Counted from the stretch's first letter, positions 52,001 through 64,000 are shown. The stretch: DNA of 64,000 nt from Phoronis australis (GCA_002633005.1 NMRA01000002.1:8804-72803); one strand, 5' to 3'. A program made the numbers and translations. Notes: generated by a model not told the origin, from the letters alone.

Positions 52001-55000
52001 CCATCCATATCTCGTTGAATCGTGATCCCATACGGCTTAATCTCGAACCCTACATGCCCAACCCAATAAAACAACCATCAACAATAAAAGCAAAAACACC
52101 ACCAACCAATATTCAACTGATAGTCAATGAAGCTTAAATCTAATACTGGTTTATCACCCAAAATGTTGGCATTACCTGATGGACCTAAATGTAACAGCGA
52201 CTTATCACCCAAAATGTTGGCATTTACTAACAGAATTTAAGTCCAATAGAGGTTCATCACCCAAGACGTTGGCATTTACTGATGGACCAAAATCTAATAG
52301 TAGTTGATCAACCAAAATGCGTGCTTTTACTGATGGACCTGTCTTCGAAAAATGGCCCTATCCACGCCAGTTAAGATGAGTGACGAAGCAAGGTTGCTGA
52401 AAATTTGTATTCTACACAGCTACTCAATTTTGAAAGAACGATTTGTAATATATTCAGAGAACAAAATTTAGTGCTTAAGTCAAGCTGTAAAAAATGCCAA
52501 TTTCCATAACTCAAATGTCTTGTCATGTTACATCACTAGTTCATTTTTTAAACCTGGGGATCTTTGAAATGCAAATTATGTCAAATTGAAGAGTTCAAAT
52601 ACAGCCATAAGATGGACCACAGGTGAGCTATGTTTGAAAAACCACAAGGTTTTTGAAAAACCCTGAGCCACATCTATAAATCTATCAAGCAATGTTTGCA
52701 AATTTGGAGTCATGTTTTATAACTCCTGAGCAATATTTGATGATTTTGAGCTAGTACCGAGTCAGTCATATAAAAAAATTCAGATCCACGTGTTAAAAGC
52801 TTGCCGTGAGCTTTTTCCACTTCATAACACATGATGCAAAAAGACAACATAACAAATATTGTAAAACTACAGCACCGTTTTTATAATTTTGTAGTAAATG
52901 CGACAGTGACATGCTGACCAAGTGTCAATTGAGAGTAACTACATGAAGCTTGCACGTTTTGAACCAAGTTTGGATTTCTACTTGGTTTGAAACCTGCAAA
53001 CTTTCGTCACACAAAAACATTAAGACCTATGTTACTTTTCAAAACTTACAATCATTATGACGTGAAAAAGTCCAACGACATTCTTACTTGTACTTTTCTA
53101 AGTCAAAAGAAGATGACTAGAGACCCACAGTTACTAACGCAACTGCTCACAAATGAAAGACCCTTTGCCAGAAATGACAAAACATGTTTTTTAGTATCAT
53201 GCAGACTTGCAGGTTTGATGACTAATGAGCAAGTCGAATTAATACTAATTCAAACTGTGCTCCAACGGAGAGATCCATATCTTCTGACCTAGGGAGCGTT
53301 TACTTTAATAGGTTTTAAAATAAACTAGACAATGTCAATAAAGTTTTGACGAACAAAACTGTGACTAAACATCCATTTTATTTTGTCTATAATCTGCCTC
53401 ATTGCCGACTAATGCTCAATGAAATCTCAGCAGTTGTTGCTCAACGCACTTTATCGGAATCGCGTCAACTTACTGTGCAATGGCATTCACAACTGAACAA
53501 CTAGCAGCTACACACAATACTGTCTATAAAACTTCGACCAAATTTTGCCAAAATCGCTACTCTATTATGACAGCCTAATAATTCAGACAACAAGTTTGTC
53601 ATAGCTAGATGGAGTAGGACATATTTCTATTCATGTCTGGCCAGTTTATTTTGAAAACTGTTATACTCACCGCTGAAGAATTGTGCCACCTCCTCCTTAG
53701 AGCACTGAAATGGCAAACCTCTCAGTCGCAGCACTGCGTCTTTGCTGGGGTCGCCAGGCTTGTTTTTTCGTAGAACGTACTCCATCTCACTCTGCTCGGC
53801 TTTGAACACTGAAAAGGCACAAAATGTTATCACCGACTTGCACAGTTTCAGAAGAACCTGAAGCTTGGTAGGTCCGGGCAGCGTTGCACAGGCCTGGGTA
53901 GTGTTACAGAAACCCCAAGACAATTAGCTGCCATTTGCGATGAGAAAATTTTGCTTATGTAACAGAAACGTTGAATTTTATTCCTTAGTTTTAAGTTCTA
54001 TCCCATGACTTAGTATTCCAACCTCACCACACAATAACTTCAGTAACTGACACTTGGCTACGTTACAAAAGTATGGTCTAGGGAAAAGGTGCAAAAAGTT
54101 CAAAATTGACTCTGACACGGTTTTGCTACTCTTGCGCGAGCTTATTTTCCTCGCAAGAACCTTGCTCTACAGAATGCTACCCAGTTTTCAGCTTTGTTAT
54201 GGCTTATTCACAGAGGTACATTTCTACCTTCGGAAACGGCTTTAGTTGATACAAGTGAGTGATAACCTGCCCTGTTTCAACATTCCAGTACATTCCACCA
54301 TCTCACCTTCAACATAACGATTCCCAATGTGAGCGTTGTGTTGTGAAAGAGCAGTCTCAACGTCCTCATCGCAGTCCAACTCCACGTAGGCCTCGCCGTT
54401 GGGCCGACAGCCGTCCTTTGTCAGCAGGAAATGAACCCCATCTGTTCCACGGCTGATGCTGCCATCTGTGGGGGAGAAAATGAGATCAATTTTCACTCTA
54501 TTTCACACATCTCTGAATGTACAAAATCGGTAAACGTGATGGAGCACAAGATTCGACAGATTTGACCAGCTATAAAACCATGTTCAGGAAAAAAATTAGA
54601 ACATTTGATTGAGACCACTTGCCAAGCTATAAAATTGATCTTAATTTGTTCCTTAGTAAGACAAGAAATGATATTTGGTCTTGCCAAGAACTGACAGCTC
54701 ATTATTGCAGGAGACCATACTCATTGAATAAAATGACAAAGTCAACTATTAGAGCCTGCTCAGTTAGTTCCAAACGAAAAGTGTGATCTAAATTAAATAG
54801 ATATAAAATTATTTTGTCCTGACCTATGATTTGCTCATCTTCACTTTAAGCCTTGTACAATTCAAATGGCATTTACCACAACTGCCAAAACTTTTAATTT
54901 AGAAAGGGGTGTAACACTCATTTACATCGGCATCACAGGTACTTACCCACCCGTCATAAAGTAGGAATTGAGAATTCCAAAGAACTTAAAAAATTAAGGT

Positions 55001-55304
55001 ATTTGACATTTCGTTACACTTGTTTGAAACTGTCTTAAAGATCGTGCATAATAAAGCCATGAAGAATATGAAGAGTTTTGTATCATTCAAACATATTCTA
55101 ATCACTACTTTAAGTTGAGTTAGGAAGCAGACATGTCATGACAGGGCTTCAGATTACTCGTTAAAATTGAACCGACACCTTTACAATGCACTCCAAAACC
55201 AAATTCAAATGTCGCGCAATCTTACCAGGCCCTTTCAAGAATTTAATCAGCTCCTCAGCAGTCGTCCTATATGGAAGACCACGACATCGAACGATGTAGG
55301 CCAT
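46020..55304 (-). CDS. HNRNPH1: hnRNP F/H family RNA-binding protein (three qRRMs, Gly/Tyr-rich low-complexity regions; HNRNPH/F/glorund-like), 429 aa
   Basis: Exons 55304(ATG)-55226, 54465-54307, 53808-53671, 52049-51908, 51281-51127, 50685-50470, 50095-49956, 49042-48907, 46144-46020 (1290 nt, in frame). qRRM motifs [47 protein letters not shown] and [27 protein letters not shown], plus PY-NLS-like RNHPY. The symbol is family-level, since vertebrate paralogs are co-orthologous. Confidence 0.94.
46388..47507 (+). mobile_element. Degenerate THAP-domain DNA transposon relic (Kolobok-like)
   Basis: Starts [25 protein letters not shown] (from 46559) and, in another frame, RKW...[13 protein letters not shown] together give a split C2CH THAP signature. 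The right end is not resolved. Confidence 0.6.
48067..48454 (+). mobile_element. hAT-like MITE, same family, 6-bp TSD (in last hnRNP intron)
   Basis: CAGGGCTTGGAAT...ATTCCAAGCCCTG flanked by AAGTAA on both sides. Confidence 0.9.
50580..50640 (-). repeat. Coding 15-bp tandem repeat encoding NYGGG units
   Basis: TAGTTACCACCTCCG x3-4 within the Gly-rich hnRNP exon. Confidence 0.9.
52141..52340. repeat. Minisatellite, 4 x ~51 bp
   Basis: The ATCA(C/A)CCAA core recurs at 52153, 52204, 52256 and 52307. Confidence 0.85.
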
Positions 55305-56619
55305 CGTGTAGCTGAAACATAAGGGATCAGCATTATTGTTAAGTCTAGCTCCGTGTCCGAATCTGTTTGATAACACAATGGCACAGGAATATAGGCACAG
55401 ATGCTTTGTGCCTCTCTTCAGTTACTAAATCATGTCACCTTGACCAAAATACTCAAGGGTCTTAGTAGGTTAATTGGTTAAAATCATGGAAAGTAACGAA
55501 TTAGGCAGAGATTATACCGAAAAGTTAAGGTAGAGAGAAAATTTATGGTGGCTTCTGGACACTAGAAAATGTGCAACCTATGGGAAATAAGTGCCACCAA
55601 GTGGCTATAGAGGTTTTGATTCGAGGTCTCTGGATCCACACTTAACTGTAGCTGAGGGTTAATGCGCTATTTATGTGGATACTCATTGATCAACTTTGAG
55701 TGACGTGGGTGGGAAAAGTCGTGCACGCTCTTCACTCAAGTGCTGAAATTCCAAGGTGGTGTGCGTTCACAACATGCCATGTCAATTCTGTAATACGTAT
55801 ATTTACCGGTATAAGGACATATATCAAGCTAAAAAATATGCATACAGTAAGGAAAATCAAAAAGTAGGTCACGGTGCTCCATATCTGCCTCTGTGTAAAA
55901 CCCACGTCGGTAAATTACCGGATTTCAGACTTGAAAGTTAACTATAAGACAATTTTGTGTTATAAATCGTTACCTTAGTCTTTATTTGTAAGTTTGTAAT
56001 CTTTTTGTCTCAAATTATTGCTGATAAATCATTTTTTGTAAGCTTTTTTTACCACACGATTTTTCGCCATGCGATCAACTTTCGAAAAAGTACCTCTTGT
56101 TCCTCCTATCCAAAAGAGCACTATACTCTCAAATACAAACATGAAATTTGGACAGAATGTAGTTTAGATGCGTGCGCATCTCCTCAAGTTGTTTTCTGGA
56201 AGTCAAGGCCAAGTTTTCATGGCGAGTTTTCGATCGTCCGGAATGCCTAATTTTGGTCAGTCGGGAGATTGATGTTTTTCCAGTTGCGCAATATGCACCC
56301 CCTCCCCCGATTTTTAGATGAGGAATTTATCACTCTTTTAATTGGTAATTATTTCATTTTCAGAAATTCTGACAAACTGCTGCGCATTGGCACTTTTCAA
56401 ACAGCAGTCGTTAGTTCATTAAGTCGCCGCATGTTAGCGCCACCAGCGGCTACGTTGAAGTTCAATGGCATCGCAACTTCACCGTTCGAAAAAAAGTTGT
56501 TACAAAGTTTTTGTTGGTTGTGTAAATGATGAAATCCTTCATGTTAAGAGTGATTTGTTTTCCCAAATGATCTTTTGTCTACTTTCTGATGTTTTTTGCC
56601 ATGATACGATCTAATAGTA

Positions 56620-56708
56620 CATGGGTGGCACCCAGCACTGAAAAAAGTGGGGGAGCTATAGCCTCCCCCAGCCCCCTGTCACTGTCAGGCAATGATGTGT
56701 TGCCCATG
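56620..56708. mobile_element. 89-bp MITE with 5-bp TSD
   Basis: CATGGGTGGCAC...GTGTTGCCCATG flanked by TAGTA on both sides. Confidence 0.65.
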
Positions 56709-56718
56709 TAGTAGTATT

Positions 56719-56878
56719 CAGAGGCAGATCTAGGATTTTTAGACAGGGGGGGCAGGGCAGAGTATCACGCAGGATTTTACCAGTAAGATATTTGCACCCT
56801 CAAACTGCCAAATGAAATCTAGGAGTTTTAGGGAGGCCACGGGCTGACCCCCTTGCCCCCCCCCCAAATCCACCAATG
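56719..56878 (+). mobile_element. Degenerate MITE related to the 26595 element
   Basis: CAGAGGCAGATCTAGGA..G-run ... C-run..ATCCACCAATG; TSD not recognisable. Confidence 0.5.
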
Positions 56879-57371
56879 TGATCTTATGATTTGATGTGAA
56901 ATTTCCTCCTAGCTCAGATGTATTTATTTCTGAGATGATGTGATGTCTTTGCTCTTTACCTTTTAAGCTGTGTAATCCATTGTTTTCATCAAACATGGTG
57001 AGCCTGTTAATTCTATATGCTAACAACACACTTAAACAGCATTATCTCTGTAGAAATCGATCCAAATTTTATATAATACACACCACCATGTTCGTCTCAA
57101 TGAGACGAATCTTTTTATATGCAGCACATGTATATTCTTTTATTTTTTACGAAATTATGTAAAAAAGCAGATATTTTATGCATAATTGTAGCGTTTCAAT
57201 GGCCATTTTCTCGTAAACCGCTCATCCAATTTTTCTGATTTTTGCACCATTTCATTTCTCACACCAAGGGCTTTTCAAAAATGGATGATACATGGGCATT
57301 GTAAAAAAAATTAAAAAACGTTGTCCTCCCTACATCGAATTCAGAATGCCGACATCTCATTCTCTGTCTCT

Positions 57372-57625
57372 GTAGCAGTTAACTAATTCTATTAACAGGA
57401 TTCGGATGAAACTGTACCGCCGACTGGTCGGATAAAGCTTTTGAGAACCAGTTTCATCCACTGAATTAGTGGGTCTGTTATTCAGTGATTGCCTGGTTCT
57501 CAAAATCAAGGACCGTTATATCCGACCAGTGCACTGCCGAAACAATGCAATGAAAAAACAGCAAAATTTATAGTCGTCACTCGTCAGTATTTGATTTCTG
57601 ATGACGATTTAACTATAACTGCTAC
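57372..57625. mobile_element. Foldback/MITE-like element with nested inverted repeats
   Basis: GTAGCAGTTA...TAACTGCTAC ends; internal pairs ACTGGTCGGATA/TATCCGACCAGT, TTTTGAGAACCAG/CTGGTTCTCAAAA and CACTGAAT/ATTCAGTG. Confidence 0.6.
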
Positions 57626-57719
57626 GTGCACAATATCCGAACTAGCCACTTAATTTAAATCAAGAATAATAAACACCACAATCAAATACACAAAATTTAA
57701 AAAGTCAAAATCGATAACC

Positions 57720-57870
57720 GCACACCTTTCGCGTTTCTTCTCTTTCGAATACAAAATGGCCGAAATCCTTTGTCACGACAGGTGTCGCTTTTCTGGTTAG
57801 TTGTCGCCTGGCGGAGAAAAGGAAAAACTGTTTGTAGTAGAAGTGCGGCGTGAGACATAGCGGTGTCAGG
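57720..57870 (+). promoter_or_regulatory. Probable promoter and non-coding first exon of the SLC26A11-like gene
   Basis: CpG-richer patch, pyrimidine-rich initiator-like tract, YY1-like CAAAATGGCCG at 57752-57762, and a strong donor AGG|gtaagc at 57870/57871. Confidence 0.5.
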
Positions 57871-58089
57871 GTAAGCGTATTGTTTATTATTTGGTTTCTA
57901 TTGTTTCTCATTACCCGAACAACACGGATGCGCACTCATTAACTATTTTTTTCACTTCTAACCACGGGCCCCTGACGCGATAAAATCAGCAGGTCAGCTA
58001 ATGTGGATTATGCTGAGTCACAGATGTTAAACTGTACACTACATAGTCATAGGATAGATTCATACTAGAGTAGATACTAAGATAGGCCT

Positions 58090-59265
58090 ACAATACATTT
58101 TGAATGAAATTAGGTATCCTTTGTAGTATTTGACCCTTTCCGTTGCATTGTGAGCCCCAGTACCGATATATACGTGAAGTCCATAAAAGCGTTATTTATG
58201 GTGATAATCACAGTGTCTGTTGACAGGTGTAGAATACATGTTGAATGAAATGACCTGATTTTTTAGAAGGAAAATGCACTTAATGACCCCATGGTTGAAC
58301 CAAATGACTTGAAACCTGGGAGTAATATACATTGGTGCTAGCTGAAACTTAGGACTTGGAATTCAGTTACATGTAAGAATCGCATTAGTAAACCTGAAGT
58401 GTACCTCAAATTTAAATTTGTGTTTAATGACCTTTGACCTATTTTATCTGATTGGATGACCTGATTGTTTAGAAAAGTAGAGTACCGGTATTTGATTTGA
58501 TTTGATTTGATTGGCTCTTACACTTACACCTGTATGCTGAAATTGAAGGGAATTCTTTGAAAACTGTTTGAGAAATAACTTTTGAAAATTAGATGACCTT
58601 TGCACTAATTTACCCCATCTGGTGCATTATAAACCCATTTAGTATGTAGCAAAGTCACTAAAAAAGTGTGTTTTATTCTGAGAATCACAGTTGACACATC
58701 AGAATACATGTTGAATAAGGAGGTCAAAATTTCAGAAGTAAAATGAAATGTACTTAGTGTCCCTATGGTTGCATCAAATGACCTGAAACTTAGGAATTAA
58801 AACTCAATTACATATATCAAACACATCACATGTGTAAATCTGAAGTGTCTAGTTCAAGATTTGCACCCAATGACCTTTGACCTGTTTTATCTGATTGGAT
58901 GAACCAATTGCTTACAAATTAGAGTAGCATATTTGATTGGTAGACTTAGACCTGTACTCTGAAATTGAAAAGAATTCCTTGAAAGATGTAGGAGAAATAA
59001 CATTTTGAAAATTCAATGACATTTGCATTAACTAACTGTTTCCAGTGCATCATAATCCTTTTTAATAGGATTATTGTAAAGGCCATAAAAAGCGTGTTTA
59101 TAATGCTGAGAATCACAGTTGTCTTTTGACAAATCACAATGAAAAAGTCAAACCTAATGACCCCATGGTTACACCAAATGACTTGAAACTTTGGAATTGG
59201 AACATTTGGAACTCAGTTACATGTACCAATCAGATTTATGAATTTGAAGTGTCTAGACTGCATTT
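58090..59265. repeat. Diverged tandem repeat, ~430-480-bp unit, ~2.5 copies
   Basis: AAAAG(C/T)GT...AATCACAGT at ~58186, ~58661 and ~59087; ATGACCTTTGACCT..TTTATCTGATTGGATGA recurs at ~58427 and ~58870. Confidence 0.75.
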
Positions 59266-60737
59266 TTACCGCGCCGCTAGGAGCGCGCACAGTGTTAAAA
59301 ATGGCCAGTTGCCAATTTGGGCAACTGAATGAAGGGCTGCTCAAAGAAAGAGTTTGATTACGAGAGTGTTTGAGTTGGAAGGCATTAAAGACATCTACAG
59401 TCGGAAACACATGCATATACAACAGAACATTCAGCTTTGAGCTCTGACCTATCTGGGCTGTCTCTGACCCAGACTATTGTACTGTGATTATATTTACTGG
59501 GTATTTAGGCTTTCTCTAAGTTATATACATTGTGTTGAACATGCAGACAGTGCACTATTATCTCATGCTATGTCATGGGGTTCAGAGCGTCATCTGGTTT
59601 TAAATTGGGTTATTCAAGATCAATAAAATTATTTTAAATTGAATTGCCATTCACAGAAATGTGAGGCTGAAATTTGCTATAAGTCACAAGCGAAAGTGTT
59701 GGGCTAAATATTTTCCTGAGCCTGGAAATAATGAATTTGACAAGGAAAAGTCGAGGCTTGTTACTGTCAGTGCAGTGTATCCAGGATTGGTCCGGACCCA
59801 AAAGACACGTACTCACGATTGCCATTCCTCCAATTTTTGGTGAATAAATAATTCTTGAAGGTCATCATTTTCGTGAAGGATTATCTCTGGGTGGGGGCTT
59901 GTTCTAATTAGTACAGAGTCTGCTCATACAGTGTACAGCTACTGTTACTATTTGTAGTCTGCTGACCACTTGCAAGCAATGTTGTTCAAAGAAACGCACT
60001 CGCAAACATTTGGTTTTATACTTTTGTGTCAGTCTAAGAATGGAGACGTTTCATTTTGTTAAACAACTGATGTTTATCACTAGAAACCATGAATTCAAAT
60101 TTTTATAGATAATCATTTTTGTAGTCTAGGGGCTAGTGCTGCCACATTGCTAGGAACACACACAATTTCCATTAAAAGTTATGGTGTTTTGCCTTGGGTC
60201 ATCGACTGTGATATACACTTTTCACAGCCTGTGCCGTTTATTGTTAGATTTTGATTATGTATCTTCAAATTTAAAAGTTCAAAAAAGTACCAAAACATAG
60301 ATTTTTTCTGTAAATAGACCTCCGGGCTACACCAGTATTTGAAAAGCATGCATGCTCAAAATGGTCTTCAGGAAATAAATGGACACCAAAAGTTTAAGGT
60401 TACACAATTAATGGAGAATGCCTTGTGAATTTTATATTGGAATGTGTGATGGTTATGAGGAAGATGCGGCCGGGCCGATATATTTGGTACTGCCCAAAAT
60501 ATGCTGGGAGGGACATACAATATGTTTTGTATTTGACTTTTGGTCCAAAAATACCATCTTCCAATTAAATTAATGTGTTCCCCGGATTTATATACAAAAA
60601 TGAATAATTTAGGTCACTCAAGAAACTTTGAAATGTGCAAAAATACCTTATTATTTTTAGCAGTGAGGTCAACAGTTGAAAAAGTTGAACAATGCTCATT
60701 TACTAAATGTACCACCAGCATTGGTGCAATATAGCAG

Positions 60738-60818
60738 TCCCTGATTTAAAGAACCAGTTTCACCTCTGAGTAACAGTTTCGTTAGTCAGTGAATGAAACT
60801 GGTTCTTTAAATCAGGGA
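60738..60818. repeat. Perfect 25-bp inverted repeat with 31-nt loop
   Basis: TCCCTGATTTAAAGAACCAGTTTCA (60738-60762) and TGAAACTGGTTCTTTAAATCAGGGA (60794-60818). Confidence 0.9.
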
Positions 60819-60876
60819 TCACCATATCTGACTAATAGTGGAAACTGCTAGACCTAGTGTTGAACAATCCATCACA

Positions 60877-60943
60877 ACCAAGAATCGAACCTGGTATTTC
60901 TGGCATGTTAGCCAAGTGTCCAAACCGAATCAATTGGCTAATA
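60877..60943 (-). pseudogene. tRNA-like relic (Val-AAC-like loop, B box), probably a SINE head
   Basis: The minus strand reads ...ACTTGGCTAACATGCCAG...GGTTCGATTCT; the D-arm and acceptor stem are degraded. Confidence 0.4.
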
Positions 60944-62611
60944 GGCTACGTTTTGGCACGCAATTTGGAAATCCTTCATTCAACTGAATGTCACACCAGA
61001 AAGTCACTTTATGCGGCACTCCTTTCCCTTCCACAGAACAGGCGTGCCTCCTGTAACCCTGTGGCCCTAGGTTTTGTCTATTCCCAGCTTGCTTGATAAT
61101 TTTTTTGTATACTCAAATAAAATGAGTCACGGATTAGATAAATGATTTGACAAAATACAAAGTTCAATGTGAGTGAAAATTTTGTCTGAAATAACTGCCA
61201 ATATGTGATTTCCAACAGTGCACTTTGTGATTTGATGGCAATAAAATAGTGGACAGCAATCGCCTTTCTTGATAGGGGATTCCAATTTATAGTAGTGGGA
61301 TTTCTCAACGCTTTTTTATAAATTCTCCCTTTTTGATGGAACAAGGTTTTAGCTGTTTTCAGTGTTAATGCTAATTATTTCTGAAATGTATATCGACTGA
61401 ACATTTAACACATGGAACAGTAATGTTATTGGGATTTCAAGTAACAGATTTTCTGATATCCTGATTTGATACCATGCAGTCACTTTTTTGTTCCACCTTG
61501 CAGCTGTTTATTGGTATTATTGGTATGGTGGGTCACAAAGGAGCTAGGTCATTCAAGGCTATCTACGTGTAGTAAAACGTGACTTGGTTAACCCACTTAT
61601 GTTTGAATGTTATTGTTATGTAGGACCCTAGAAAAATTATTAATTTGGTTGACTTTTGAACACTTCAGAACTGGCTGTTAGGATTTAAATGAAAGTTTCA
61701 GATATTGTGCTTTATGCGCTGTTAGGAATCTTTTTTAAAATGTTCCATTTATGCATGAGGGGCAATGGAAATAGGATTTTTATGATTTTCATGAAAAAAC
61801 AAAAACAAAGTGGCGATTTGGAAAACTATAATGGCATTTATGAGATTTCGTAATGGCAATTTACATTGAAAATTAAATGAAATTTTAATCATATTTTGGT
61901 ATCATTGTTTTGCTATCATTGTACCTTTCTTTTTTCTTAAATTTGACTAAAAAGACAGAACTACATGACCCAGGTTTGTGAATAGTCAAACATCAAATTC
62001 TACAGGCTTTCTGCTTTCAGAATATGTTTACTTTTAATGAGTTAATTGTATACTTCTGTAGACATTTGGCTAAATAGTTACCTAATCTTGTCAATATGGC
62101 ATTGCATAACCTTACGGCTATCAACATAAAACTGTTGTGACAGGGTTAACCCACTTTTATTTGAGTGTTAGGTTATGTAGGACCTTATCAACCTGTCTGT
62201 GCATTTACCAAAATATAAAAACTGTAGATTTTAGCTCAGTAAAGGTATATATTTTCTGAAAGTAATATAGCCTGTAGAATTAAATTTTTGACTTTTTACC
62301 AATCTATTGTTACATCTAAAAGTATTACTTACTTACCCTGATTGCTAAAATACAAATTGAGGTACTGAGTTTCTCAAGTCTGAAAGTCGAGACTGTACGT
62401 TTAGTTTTTGCAAAATTTTCCAGAATATGTTTGTCAACTTCTAAAGTGTTCAAATTTTAAGATTAAGTTGCATTTGTAGTGAATGACAGGTCATATAACC
62501 TGCTGTGCTTATCTTCAATGACACATTACTTGCTTTTAAACTGCTGATTTCAATCTTTGTAGACCTGTTGACAAGCACTGACTGCAGTGCCTGTGTACCA
62601 AGGAAGCAGTC

Positions 62612-63985
62612 ATGGCTTGTCCCAAACTTGATTTGAAGAAGACAAAAAGGGACTTTGTGAAAACTAGTCGCAACTTGAAAGCCTCAGCTGGATCTCATTT
62701 GAAGAAAGCGTGTACTGTGGAGAACCTAAAGAAGAAGATTCCTATAACAATATGGCTGCCCAAGTACAGGTGGGAAAAGTGACCAGGTCTTGTTTTATCC
62801 AAAAATAGTTATTTTTGCTCAATGTTTTAGCAGTAAAATTTAAAAATTTCAAGATGATCACTCATTTGGCCAGTTGATATTCATTTATGGTCTCTCTAGG
62901 CCTTGGTAATTTCTTACAGTTCAAGATAATTAAAGCAATCAGAGTCGTGGTGGCTAATTCTGTGAACAACAAAAAAGACTGGTAATAACTATTATGGGGG
63001 CAAATGCAGAATGATTTAGCCACCTAAATAACCTTGATTCTCACACACGAGGGAAGATTTCTCTGTCGATGAATTCAGCTGCTTCTGTTCAGCTGCCATG
63101 ACTTGGAATTTCGGGTTATTTTATCTGATTAAATATTTTTGGCTTGTACTGTACCCCAGACATAATTTCCTTTTTTGACCTTATATTGCGGTAAAAATTC
63201 TCAAGTTTGATACAATCTCTAAAATTTGGACACGGAAATTTAAGCAGAAAATGAATTTACTTTCTGTGAAGATTGTGACACGGTCGATTTTGGCATTCAT
63301 AATATGGCTCAAATTTTGGACCCTGCATTTTTGTATAGGAAATGAGCTTGGCAGTTCATAAAATCATCAAAAATGGCTGCCAACACAACCTTATTGTGCA
63401 TCCCCATAGTGCGTAATATTGACGTGAATGTTTGTTTGTCATTGATCACAATACTGGAATTTGTGGTGGTTAGTATTGTCTATTTCTAAAATTTGGTACA
63501 CATTCTGACCTTGAGCAAAATTATAAATTTTTCACTGTCCCAAACTGGCTCAGAATGTTTACTGCAATATAGGCAAGTACAAGACAATACCATTCAAAAA
63601 GTATTGTCTTGTCCTTGGAGCAATATAATGTACAAGCCTTTGTGTTAGTTAAGATGTGAAAAAGATGGGTTACAATAATTATGTGGTTTTGTTGCATGTT
63701 ACATATTTATGTCATAATCTTTTTGTAGCTTATATATGTGAAGTTTTTATAAAACACAAAATACTTTGAGAAAAGTTTCTGGTTTCTTTGTTTTGTTCTC
63801 TTGAAACCTTGCTAGGCACTCGCAGCTTTGATTTATTTCATTTGTGTTGTGAGAGAGTGGTTTACTTTCACTGTACTTTCAGATTAAGAAATCTCTTTGG
63901 TGACATTCTTGCTGGACTAACAGTGGCGCTAACCGTTATCCCACAATCCCTGGCTTTGGCTCAGATTGCCGAACTCCCGCCTAAT
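62612..63985 (+). CDS. SLC26A11: SLC26-family anion transporter, SLC26A11-like, first two coding exons (continues beyond the window)
   Basis: Exon 62563-62769 (ATG at 62612: MACPKLDLKK...LKKKIPITIWLPKYR) is spliced to 63883-63985 (LRNLFGDILAGLTVALTVIPQSLALAQIAELPPN). This matches the SLC26 N-terminal signature P-I-x-x-W-L-P-x-Y ... D-x-x-A-G-L-T-V-x-L-x-x-I-P-Q. Confidence 0.88.
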
Positions 63986-64000
63986 GTAGGTATTATGGTC

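Noticed and set aside
52141-52340. CRISPR-like repeat array
   Set aside because: Eukaryotic intron, degenerate units without unique spacers and no cas genes; it is a minisatellite.

Overview
This is AT-rich, intron-rich eukaryotic genomic DNA, most likely from a bilaterian invertebrate; the species cannot be assigned from sequence alone. Manual splicing with GT-AG rules and phase checks gives five genes: a CDS1/2-type phosphatidate cytidylyltransferase (+, 10 exons seen, first exon not found), PCNA (-, complete, 261 aa), MICU1 (+, complete, 520 aa), an hnRNP F/H-family gene (-, complete, 429 aa) and the 5' part of an SLC26A11-like anion transporter (+, runs off the window). Most ORFs in the supplied track are spurious intronic ORFs. 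Introns carry many mobile-element relics: hAT-like MITEs with 5- and 6-bp TSDs, a Helentron/HINE-like element with an array of CTCF motifs, a Penelope 3' end with a hammerhead-ribozyme core, a THAP/Kolobok-like relic, an L1/Tx1-like tail and tRNA-derived SINE heads. The best leads are a 15-nt in-frame microexon in MICU1 at the position of the vertebrate MICU1 microexon, a G-run-rich autoregulatory/poison cassette in the hnRNP F/H gene, the TE-borne CTCF array, the intronic hammerhead, and conserved CDS-PCNA microsynteny. Homology calls rest on remembered family motifs, not database searches.
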